A stretch of DNA of 49,257 nt. It comes from Octopus bimaculoides. Its lineage: Eukaryota. Position 1 is the stretch's first letter. The number at the start of each line of letters is the position of its first letter. Under the pieces are notes generated by a model that searched no databases, was not told the origin of the DNA, and was given only the letters and a program-made list of their open reading frames with translations. The DNA lies in contig NC_068987.1 in NCBI RefSeq assembly GCF_001194135.2, positions 97,508,467 through 97,557,723 of the forward strand, read 5' to 3'. Positions 13,192-23,305 of the stretch are shown one piece after another. A program made the translations under genes and the position numbers.

Positions 13192-13350
13192 GAGCATGCG
13201 TGACTGCGTGGTAGGAAGCTTGCTTACCAACTGCATGGTTGCGGATTCAGTCCCACTTCGTGACACTTGACCAAGTGTTTTCTACTAGAGCCTCGCGCTG
13301 ATCAAAGCCTTGTGAACGTATCTGGTACACGGAAACTGAAAGAAAGCCCT
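13192..13350 (+). mobile_element. SINE family C, 5' half, running into (TA)n and a gap
   Basis: GGTAGGAAGCTTGCTTACCAAC..GATTCAGTCCCACT..CAAAGCCTTGTGA..CGGAAACTGAAAGAAAGCCC matches the other family C copies. Confidence 0.85.
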
Positions 13351-14404
13351 TATATATATATATATATATATATATATNNNNNNNNNNNNNNNNNNNNNNN
13401 NNNNNNNNNNNNNNNNNNNNNNNNNNNNNNNNNNNNNNNNNNNNNNNNNNNNNNNNNNNNNNNNNNNNNNNNNNNNNNNNNNNNNNNNNNNNNNNNNNNN
13501 NNNNNNNNNNNNNNNNNNNNNNNNNNNNNNNNNNNNNNNNNNNNNNNNNNNNNNNNNNNNNNNNNNNNNNNNNNNNNNNNNNNNNNNNNNNNNNNNNNNN
13601 NNNNNNNNNNNNNNNNNNNNNNNNNNNNNNNNNNNNNNNNNNNNNNNNNNNNNNNNNNNNNNNNNNNNNNNNNNNNNNNNNNNNNNNNNNNNNNNNNNNN
13701 NNNNNNNNNNNNNNNNNNNNNNNNNNNNNNNNNNNNNNNNNNNNNNNNNNNNNNNNNNNNNNNNNNNNNNNNNNNNNNNNNNNNNNNNNNNNNNNNNNNN
13801 NNNNNNNNNNNNNNNNNNNNNNNNNNNNNNNNNNNNNNNNNNNNNNNNNNNNNNNNNNNNNNNNNNNNNNNNNNNNNNNNNNNNNNNNNNNNNNNNNNNN
13901 NNNNNNNNNNNNNNNNNNNNNNNNNNNNNNNNNNNNNNNNNNNNNNNNNNNNNNNNNNNNNNNNNNNNNNNNNNNNNNNNNNNNNNNNNNNNNNNNNNNN
14001 NNNNNNNNNNNNNNNNNNNNNNNNNNNNNNNNNNNNNNNNNNNNNNNNNNNNNNNNNNNNNNNNNNNNNNNNNNNNNNNNNNNNNNNNNNNNNNNNNNNN
14101 NNNNNNNNNNNNNNNNNNNNNNNNNNNNNNNNNNNNNNNNNNNNNNNNNNNNNNNNNNNNNNNNNNNNNNNNNNNNNNNNNNNNNNNNNNNNNNNNNNNN
14201 NNNNNNNNNNNNNNNNNNNNNNNNNNNNNNNNATATATATATTTATATATATATATACATATATACATATATATATATATATTTATATATATATATACAT
14301 ATATACATACATACATAATACATACATACATGTATATATATCCTATATATATATCCTTTCTTTATTTGTTATTTTTAGCAGACCATGGCCTGAAGGGCTT
14401 TGAC

Positions 14405-14961
14405 CAGTGGTTCTCAACCAGGATCCATATGACCCCTTGACGTTCATATAAGATTTAGTGGGTGGGATCATTGAAGCAAAGTAATTTACAAAATTATGTT
14501 TTAGATGTATGTATGGGTATGTATTGCTAGAAACAGCGTGATCCCTTTCCCTAACATTTTATATAGTTCAACCTTTACAAATTGATGTGTGAATAGGTTA
14601 TTATCAGATAATCTGTTCGTTTAAGATAGTGGTTTTCAACCGAGATCTATATGGCCCCTGAGGGTCCATTTCAGAATTTTGTGGGTTCACGCAACAATAT
14701 AATAAATTGCGAACCCGCAATAGTGTTTTAAGGGCCTCTGAAGAAATTATGCTTCAGATGTATGTATTAGTATTTATTGCAAGAGACAGCTGGGTTTCTT
14801 TTTCAAACATTTTACATAGTACAACCTACACAAATTAATGTGTGAAAAACAAAATAGGAATTTTGAAAAAAAGTTACTTGAACGACTGTGGGAGTCCATC
14901 AGAAAAAAATTGTAATCAAAGGGGTCCTTCAATGAAAAAAAAAAATGATTGAGAATCCTTG
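14405..14961. mobile_element. Non-autonomous hAT (Charlie-like) element with an internally duplicated left end
   Basis: TIR CAGTGGTTCTCAACC (14405) vs GATTGAGAATCCTTG (14947-14961), 11/15. 8-bp TSD GCTTTGAC (14397) / GCTTAGAC (14962), 7/8. A second left end TAGTGGTTTTCAACC at 14627. Confidence 0.8.
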
Positions 14962-15100
14962 GCTTAGACGAACTAATCGATTCCTATTCTAATTCTTAAA
15001 TCTGACTCCTTATTCTATGGACACTTTTTGCTGAATCACCAAGTTACGGGGGGAATACAAACAAGAATTGGTTATCAAGCTGTGGGAGGGACTGTCTGTC

Positions 15101-15152
<52 letters not shown>

Positions 15153-15250
15153 CAAACGTTTTTGGTTTTTGGAAGCATCGTGTGAGTATCGTATCATAGA
15201 GACAAGGAAGTCTAACCGTGGAAACAGCAGAAAGATTGGGTACTTTACCC

Positions 15251-15489
15251 TTATATGACGGGAAAAGTTGTCAGCAGACGGCCACGTGACTCCAACCCGC
15301 ACCTCCTCCACCCAAAAAGCTTGTTTACATATGTTGTTGTAAGTTCAAAAGTGGCTGTTTGCAGCGTTAATCAGACGGATATTGTTGTCGGGACAGTTTA
15401 GCTAAATTGGTAGAGAATTTAGCCGATATCCGGGAGATTTGGGGTTCGAGGCCCGTGGCAGTCTGCTAACAACTTCTTCCGTCATATAA
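15251..15489. mobile_element. Palindromic MITE-like element with tRNA-like arms
   Basis: Terminal inverted repeat 15251-15286 vs 15454-15489, 32/36 identical, with TA-rich ends. Weaker similarity continues inward through T-arm-like sequence. Confidence 0.75.
15392..15463 (+). pseudogene. Decayed tRNA-like unit (72-nt cloverleaf geometry, GAT at the anticodon position)
   Basis: Acceptor GACAGTT/GGCAGTC pairs 6/7 including G-U. A box TAGCTAAATTGG, B box GGTTCGAGGCC, 5-nt variable loop. D and anticodon stems pair poorly, so it is not a functional tRNA. Confidence 0.65.
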
Positions 15490-15585
15490 TGGCAAAATAT
15501 CACATCTTTCTGCTGTTTTCACGCATTCAAAATATCATTTCTAGTCTGTATAATGTATATAAACAAATAGAAAAAATATATAAAT

Positions 15586-15826
15586 GCACCCTTTTAAAGC
15601 CTAGCCAGGCTCATGGGCCCGGTTTCACCGGTTTCAATGGCGTATGTGTTCCCCAGCTGGACGGGACGCCAGTCCATCGCAGCGTTACTCATTTTTGCCA
15701 GATGAGTGGACTGGAGCAACGTGAAATGAAGTGTTTTGCTCAACAACACAACGCATCGCCCGGTCCAGGAATCGAAACCACAATCTTACGATCATGATGC
15801 CGAACCTCTAAGCCACGCGCCTCCAC
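15586..15826 (-). mobile_element. tRNA-derived SINE, family D head/core with tail T2
   Basis: Reverse complement GTGGAGGCGCGTGGCTTAGAGG..GGTTTCGATTCC..TTGAGCAAAACACTTCATTTCACGTTGCTCCAGTCCACTCA shares head and core with 43386, but the tail (GCGATGGACTGGCGTCCCGTCCAG) is unrelated. Confidence 0.85.
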
Positions 15827-16278
15827 CATATAAACAAATACATTATATATATATATATATATATNNNNNNNNNNNNNNNNNNNNNNNNNNNNNNNNNNNN
15901 NNNNNNNNNNNNNNNNNNNNNNNNNNNNNNNNNNNNNNNNNNNNNNNNNNNNNNNNNNNNNNNNNNNNNNNNNNNNNNNNNNNNNNNNNNNNNNNNNNNN
16001 NNNNNNNNNNNNNNNNNNNNNNNNNNNNNNNNNNNNNNNNNNNNNNNNNNNNNNNNNNNNNNNNNNNNNNNNNNNNNNNNNNNNNNNNNNNNNNNNNNNN
16101 NNNNNNNNNNNNNNNNNNNNNNNNNNNNNNNNNNNNNNNNNNNNNNNNNNNNNNNNNNNNNNNNNNNNNNNNNNNNNNNNNNNNNNNNNNNNNNNNNNNN
16201 NNNNNNNNNNNNNNNNNNNNNNNNNNNNNNNNNNNNNNNNNNNNNNNNNNNNNNNNNNNNNNNNNNNNNNNNNATATA

Positions 16279-17530
16279 CAGACATAACAAAAGTAATTAG
16301 ACACCTCATAAAACATCGTTTTGTGTTTATTTTAACTTGTAAAAGATTGTATCTTTCATTAATTGACATTTTTATGTTTCAGGTTCTATTTGTGACTGTT
16401 TACTCATGCTAAGTACAAAAGAAGTCCTGGAACTCTCTGACTTTCAAACAGGCCGTATGGTGGGTCATTCTGAAGATAGATACAATCAGCGTAGAATCGC
16501 AGGAAACCTTGGGATCTTGTTTTCTAGAGTTAATAGAGTGATTGCTCAATTCACTAGAGAAAGGAAGGGGTCTACATCACCTTGTCGAGATCAACCAGGG
16601 CTCTCTGACAGGACCATTTCCCTTGTTAAGAGAAGTGTGGGAAATGATCCTCGTTGCAAGGCCTCTGACATAGCAGAACAAGTTGATATGAGTCCCTGAA
16701 CAGCTGTCAGGTATCTCCACAAACTTGGTTTCTATGGCAGAGTAGCAAGCAAGAAACCACTTCTTCGATCAGACAACATCAAGCAGAGAAAAGATCGGGC
16801 CAGTGAGATGGTAGAGAGGCTATTAGCATTTTGGGACACTGTCATATTCTCTGATGAGTCCAGATGTGCTGTATTTCCTGACAGTGGTCGAGTGTGGGTC
16901 TGGAGATTCTGTGATCAAGAATTTAGTGTGAAAAGATTGCAGCCAACATTGAAACACAACAGCTAGTCTGTGATAGTCTGGGGAGCAATCTGGAGCAATG
17001 GTTGATCAGAACGGGTGGAGTGGGAGGGACACATAAACTCAAATAAATGTGTGTCCATAGTGCAGAAAGGACTCCTTCCAATCTTCTTCAGAGAGGAAAT
17101 GATTAAAGAAGACTCTTTATTTATGGAAGATGGACCTCCTTGTCACACGGCTAAAATGACCGAAGATTTGTTGGACGAGAATAGCATTGAAAAGCTTCCA
17201 TGACCAAGCCAGTCACCAGACATGAACACTATTGAACCCCTGTGGGTCATAATGGACAGGGCACTTCATAAAAAGAACTAGAAAGCCTTTTCAAAGCCAA
17301 ATCTTTTGAGATTACTGTAGGAAACTTGGCAAGAAATTCCGCAAGAGAATATTCGTAATCTAATCAGTAACATCCCTAAGAAGGTCCTTGCATTGAAAAA
17401 TGCAAAGAGCATGTCTACTAAATATTAAATATTCACGTTATAACAAGTAATAGATAATTTGAATGTATAAATTAAGATTTAAATAAATTTTAATGATTAT
17501 AAGGTTGTCTATTTACTTCTGTCATGTATA
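16279..17530 (+). mobile_element. Full-length Tc1-family DNA transposon (about 1.25 kb)
   Basis: Left TIR CAGACATAACAAAAGTAATTAGACACC (16279-16305), preceded by TA. Degenerate right TIR GGTTGTCTATTTACTTCTGTCATGTATA (17503-17530). It encloses a transposase frame. Confidence 0.9.
16406..17428 (+). pseudogene. Tc1 DD34E transposase pseudogene (340 codons, six in-frame stops, no frameshift)
   Basis: HTH-type N-terminus, GRVASKKPLL linker, VIFSDES (D 16853), FMEDGPPCH (D 17129), SQSPDMNTIE (E 17234), with 34 residues between D and E. Stops at 16697, 16964, 17003, 17201, 17279 and 17318. Confidence 0.93.
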
Positions 17531-17533
17531 TCA

Positions 17534-17580
<47 letters not shown>

Positions 17581-18393
17581 NNNNNNNNNNNNNNNNNNNN
17601 NNNNNNNNNNNNNNNNNNNNNNNNNNNNNNNNNNNNNNNNNNNNNNNNNNNNNNNNNNNNNNNNNNNNNNNNNNNNNNNNNNNNNNNNNNNNNNNNNNNN
17701 NNNNNNNNNNNNNNNNNNNNNNNNNNNNNNNNNNNNNNNNNNNNNNNNNNNNNNNNNNNNNNNNNNNNNNNNNNNNNNNNNNNNNNNNNNNNNNNNNNNN
17801 NNNNNNNNNNNNNNNNNNNNNNNNNNNNNNNNNNNNNNNNNNNNNNNNNNNNNNNNNNNNNNNNNNNNNNNNNNNNNNNNNNNNNNNNNNNNNNNNNNNN
17901 NNNNNNNNNNNNNNNNNNNNNNNNNNNNNNNNNNNNNNNNNNNNNNNNNNNNNNNNNNNNNNNNNNNNNNNNNNNNNNNNNNNNNNNNNNNNNNNNNNNN
18001 NNNNNNNNNNNNNNNNNNNNNNNNNNNNNNNNNNNNNNNNNNNNNNNNNNNNNNNNNNNNNNNNNNNNNNNNNNNNNNNNNNNNNNNNNNNNNNNNNNNN
18101 NNNNNNNNNNNNNNNNNNNNNNNNNNNNNNNNNNNNNNNNNNNNNNNNNNNNNNNNNNNNNNNNNNNNNNNNNNNNNNNNNNNNNNNNNNNNNNNNNNNN
18201 NNNNNNNNNNNNNNNNNNNNNNNNNNNNNNNNNNNNNNNNNNNNNNNNNNNNNNNNNNNNNNNNNNNNNNNNNNNNNNNNNNNNNNNNNNNNNNNNNNNN
18301 NNNNNNNNNNNNNNNNNNNNNNNNNNNNNNNNNNNNNNNNNNNNNNNNNNNNNNNNNNNNNNNNNNNNNNNNNNNNNNNNNNNNNNNNNNNNN

Positions 18394-18427
<34 letters not shown>

Positions 18428-18457
18428 TGTAAGTACGTAGGTACGTATGTATGTATG

Positions 18458-18488
<31 letters not shown>

Positions 18489-18494
18489 GTATAG

Positions 18495-18640
18495 TCGCAT
18501 GCATGGTTGTGTTGTTAGGAATTTTATTTTGCAAGCACGTGATTTTGGGTTCAGTCCTACTACGCGGAATCCTGTGGAAGGTCTTTTACTATAGCTCCAG
18601 ATCAACCAATGACATGTCCTTAGATTTGGTTAACGGATAC
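18495..18640 (+). mobile_element. Strongly decayed SINE family C, 5' half
   Basis: GGGTTCAGTCCTACTACGCGG..TTACTATAGCTCC..GATTTGGTTAACGGA aligns with the family C head. Confidence 0.6.
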
Positions 18641-18962
18641 TGTCTCTGTCTCTGTCTGTCTTCTCTGTCTGTCTGTCTCTCTCTCTCTCTCAATATATAT
18701 ATACATATACGTGCGTGTGTTTGTGTGAGTTTGTGTGTGTGTTTGTTTGTGCGTGTATATGCATATATATGTATATATACATATACATATATATATAATA
18801 TATACATGTATATATTCTGACCTTCCCATTTATTCTCTTTATTTCATTTTTTGTTTTTGGCATTCTCCACCTACAACTCCCCGAATATATACCAGCTCAT
18901 CAATGGATTTGTGAACTACTATAAACACACGTATCATACCAACTTCATCCTGTAGCGTATTA

Positions 18963-19078
18963 AGTAATCTGACGAGATTTCCTCTGCACTGTGGGGTGCA
19001 TTCGATTCCATTACATGGTGCTCCACCCATTAGGGAACAGTGCAGATGTAAGCCGAAACGATCATCGTGCTAAATAAA
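18963..19078 (+). ncRNA. Candidate decayed type I hammerhead ribozyme (Penelope pLTR/retrozyme-like)
   Basis: CTGACGA (18969) followed by a long hairpin with a perfect 10-bp stem TCTGCACTGT/ACAGTGCAGA, then CGAAAC-GATC-ATC (19054-19066), then AATAAA (19073). Confidence 0.55.
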
Positions 19079-19125
19079 GCTTGCCGTACACTCTGTCTTC
19101 TTTATCAGTCATTGAAACTATATAT

Positions 19126-19160
<35 letters not shown>

Positions 19161-19244
19161 ACGTTTCTGTACAGAAAGATCGTAACTGATGCAAACAAGT
19201 AAGAATACAGAAAAAGAAAATGAAGTTGCAAATGCACAGAGAAT

Positions 19245-20020
19245 ATTCTTTTATTCTTTTATTTGTTTCAGTGANNNNNNNNNNNNNNNNNNNNNNNNNN
19301 NNNNNNNNNNNNNNNNNNNNNNNNNNNNNNNNNNNNNNNNNNNNNNNNNNNNNNNNNNNNNNNNNNNNNNNNNNNNNNNNNNNNNNNNNNNNNNNNNNNN
19401 NNNNNNNNNNNNNNNNNNNNNNNNNNNNNNNNNNNNNNNNNNNNNNNNNNNNNNNNNNNNNNNNNNNNNNNNNNNNNNNNNNNNNNNNNNNNNNNNNNNN
19501 NNNNNNNNNNNNNNNNNNNNNNNNNNNNNNNNNNNNNNNNNNNNNNNNNNNNNNNNNNNNNNNNNNNNNNNNNNNNNNNNNNNNNNNNNNNNNNNNNNNN
19601 NNNNNNNNNNNNNNNNNNNNNNNNNNNNNNNNNNNNNNNNNNNNNNNNNNNNNNNNNNNNNNNNNNNNNNNNNNNNNNNNNNNNNNNNNNNNNNNNNNNN
19701 NNNNNNNNNNNNNNNNNNNNNNNNNNNNNNNNNNNNNNNNNNNNNNNNNNNNNNNNNNNNNNNNNNNNNNNNNNNNNNNNNNNNNNNNNNNNNNNNNNNN
19801 NNNNNNNNNNNNNNNNNNNNNNNNNNNNNNNNNNNNNTATATATATATATATATATACGACGGGCTTCTTTCAGTTTCCGTCTACCAAATCCGCTCACAA
19901 GGCCTTGGTTGGCCCGAGACTATAGTAGAAGACACTTGCCCAAGTTGCCAGGCAGTGGGACTAAACCCGGAACCACGTGATTAGGAAGCAAGCTTCTTAT
20001 CACACAGCCACTTCTGTGCC
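19245..20020 (-). mobile_element. SINE family C spanning a gap (5' half 19855-20020, tail end at 19245-19274)
   Basis: ACGACGGGCTTCTTTCAGTTTCCGTCTACCAAATCC..CACAAGGC..GCAGTGGGACTAAACCCGGAACCAC. The tail TTTTATTTGTTTCAGT lies before the gap. Confidence 0.88.
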
Positions 20021-20099
20021 CTGAAATATATGAATGTATATATGTATATATTTGTGTGTCGTGTGTGTGTTTGTGTGTGTGTGTGCGTGTGTGTGTGTG

Positions 20100-20215
20100 T
20101 CCTTGTGTCTGTCATCCCCATCACTTGACAATAAGTTTTTTCGCTGTTTACGCTTCAGTAAGTCAGCGATTCGGCGAAAGCCCGATAGATTTAGTACCAG
20201 ACATAATAATGGGGT
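20100..20215 (+). mobile_element. Decayed SINE family C 3' half fragment
   Basis: CCATCACTTGACAA..GTTTACGCTTCAGTAAGTCAGCGATTCGGCGAAAG..CGATAGATTTAGTACCAG resembles 37510-37600. Confidence 0.55.
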
Positions 20216-20689
20216 AGAAATATTTGACTAAACAGTTCTGCTATGTGCCACGGTGGTTCTGCCTGAGAGTTATCTCTAGGTTACACGCGTCCGTGGAATA
20301 TTCAACCACTTTCGATGAGAAGATAATCCTTTTGACTGAACAACTGCGTCCTCATCGCCGAAACGTATGGAGAGCCATCTATACACACGCACATACATAT
20401 ATACATGAATATACATTATACATGAACACATACATGCGTAGACACACATATATGTTTATGTATATATGTGTAGGTGTGAATTCGCGTTGGTGTGAGTCGG
20501 TGAGTGTATGTGCGTCTGTGTGAGTGTATGCGTTTACGTGCGCGCGCATGCATGTGTGTGTGTTTGTGTGTGTATGTGTGTGTTTGTGTTTGTGTGTGTG
20601 TGTGTGTGTGTGTTTATCAGTCTGCTCTATATTTATTCATTTCTCCATTATATGAGATCCTACGTTGACTAACGCAGTTCTGGGTATAA

Positions 20690-20752
20690 TACCTTAGCCT
20701 CGTATTACACCCTCGGGACGACCAAAGCTTTGCGAGTGGATTTGGTTGACGG
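20690..20752 (+). mobile_element. SINE family C fragment running into (TA)n and a gap
   Basis: CCTCGGGACGACCAAAGCTTTGCGAGTGGATTTGGTTGACGGA. Confidence 0.7.
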
Positions 20753-21316
20753 ATATATATATATATATNNNNNNNNNNNNNNNNNNNNNNNNNNNNNNNN
20801 NNNNNNNNNNNNNNNNNNNNNNNNNNNNNNNNNNNNNNNNNNNNNNNNNNNNNNNNNNNNNNNNNNNNNNNNNNNNNNNNNNNNNNNNNNNNNNNNNNNN
20901 NNNNNNNNNNNNNNNNNNNNNNNNNNNNNNNNNNNNNNNNNNNNNNNNNNNNNNNNNNNNNNNNNNNNNNNNNNNNNNNNNNNNNNNNNNNNNNNNNNNN
21001 NNNNNNNNNNNNNNNNNNNNNNNNNNNNNNNNNNNNNNNNNNNNNNNNNNNNNNNNNNNNNNNNNNNNNNNNNNNNNNNNNNNNNNNNNNNNNNNNNNNN
21101 NNNNNNNNNNNNNNNNNNNNNNNNNNNNNNNNNNNNNNNNNNNNNNNNNNNNNNNNNNNNNNNNNNNNNNNNNNNNNNNNNNNNNNNNNNNNNNNNNNNN
21201 NNNNNNNNNNNNNNNNNNNNNNNNNNNNNNNNNNNNNNNNNNNNNNNNNNNNNNNNNNNNNNNNNNNNNNNNNNNNNNNNNNNNNNNNNNNNNNNNNNNN
21301 NNNNNNNNNNNNNNNN

Positions 21317-21368
<52 letters not shown>

Positions 21369-21639
21369 CACATCTACTACCACTACCGCCGCCACCACAA
21401 CCACAGATTCATAAACAACAACAGTAACACCAACAATAACTAGAAGGTAACCTATATTGCTCAATTCCAGTTTGGGCGCCAGTACTTAATGACATCCACC
21501 ATATTAAGATTCCCTTCATTTGCGTCTCTTGCGTCATCGAAAAGGGCATGAAGGTCACAACGTATCGTAAGCCCATCTGTCCACATAAATCAGGGTCACC
21601 CGTCCGTCTGTATATTAATGTCCTGACATTCGTTCGTAG

Positions 21640-21665
21640 ATGAGGATGATGTTATTGTCGATACT

Positions 21666-21696
<31 letters not shown>

Positions 21697-21815
21697 ATGA
21701 TGGTGATGATGATGGTGATGGTGATGGTGATGGTGATGATGGTGAAGATGACGATTATGATGGAGCTGATAATGATCGCTTTGAAGACGATGCACATGGT
21801 GATATTAAAGATAAA

Positions 21816-21887
<72 letters not shown>

Positions 21888-22000
21888 GGTGATGATGGTG
21901 ATGATGGTGATGATGATGATGACGACGATGACGATGGTGATGATGATGATGGTGATGATGATGATGATGGTGATAATGGTGATGATGATGGTGATAATGG

Positions 22001-22036
<36 letters not shown>

Positions 22037-22276
22037 CGGTGATGACAACGACGTCAACGACGACGACGACGATGATGAAGATTACGACGATGACGATGAT
22101 GGAGCTGATAATAATGGGTTTAATGACGATGCTCAAAGTAATGATGATGATAATGATGATGATGAGGTTGATGATGACGATTGATAATGATAAATATGAT
22201 GATGGCGATGATGATGATGATGATGATGATGGTGATGGTGAAATTGATGATGATGATGATGGTGGTGAAATTAATG

Positions 22277-22353
<77 letters not shown>

Positions 22354-22609
22354 GATGATGATGACAGCGACAAGGACGACGACGACGACGACGATGATGT
22401 TGGTAGTGGTGTTGGTGTTTGTGAAGCTGACGTTGATGATGAAGCTGATAATGATGGCTTTGATGACGTTGTATGTGGCGCAGCTGGAGCTAGTGATGAT
22501 GGCGATGACCATGGCGATGATGAAGAGGGGTGGGGTGGGGGTGGGGGTCAATACTGCCACGATATTGATAACATTGCTCTTCTTGTTGTTCTTGTTTCAA
22601 CACGATCAA

Positions 22610-22656
<47 letters not shown>

Positions 22657-22693
22657 CCGTCATCATCATCATCGTCATCACCACCACCATCAC

Positions 22694-22736
<43 letters not shown>

Positions 22737-22775
22737 GTTATCATCATCATCTCAACCACCATCCTCATCATCATC

Positions 22776-22807
<32 letters not shown>

Positions 22808-22839
22808 CATCATCACCATCATCATCATCATCGTCATCG

Positions 22840-22886
<47 letters not shown>

Positions 22887-22915
22887 GTATTCGTCGTCGT
22901 CGTCGTCGTCGTCAT
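21640..22915. repeat. (GAT)n-rich tract (21640-22520) and its reverse-complement (TCA)n tract (22610-22915) around a short spacer
   Basis: Direct reading. The spacer contains GGGGTGGGGTGGGGGTGGGGG at 22527-22547. Confidence 0.95.
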
Positions 22916-23272
22916 AGCAATATTCAGACAGCTCCTCTCCAAATGAGAAAAAGGCATTCTGTGACATTTTAAAATTGTGTTCCAAAATTCACAACTAAGC
23001 TATTGGTTCATCCATCACTGACAGCGGTGACACTGATTGGTCAGTTGGACAGGGTGTCAGATGGTGGTAGTGGTGGTGGTCGTTGCGGCAGTGTAACGTT
23101 GCATGAATCCGCATGTTCATACGCACACGTACACACACGTACACAAAGTCACACACATACGTGAATGTGTGTGTACACATAAACAGACACATGCACGTAT
23201 CTTATATACTTACACAATGGTCGTGCCCCAGCATGGCCGCATCCACAAGCGGAAAGCAGTAAAAGATAAAAG

Positions 23273-23305
<33 letters not shown>

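Noticed and set aside
15392-15463. Functional tRNA-Ile(GAT) gene
   Set aside because: D, anticodon and T stems are poorly paired and the unit is part of an inverted-repeat element; reported as tRNA-like only.
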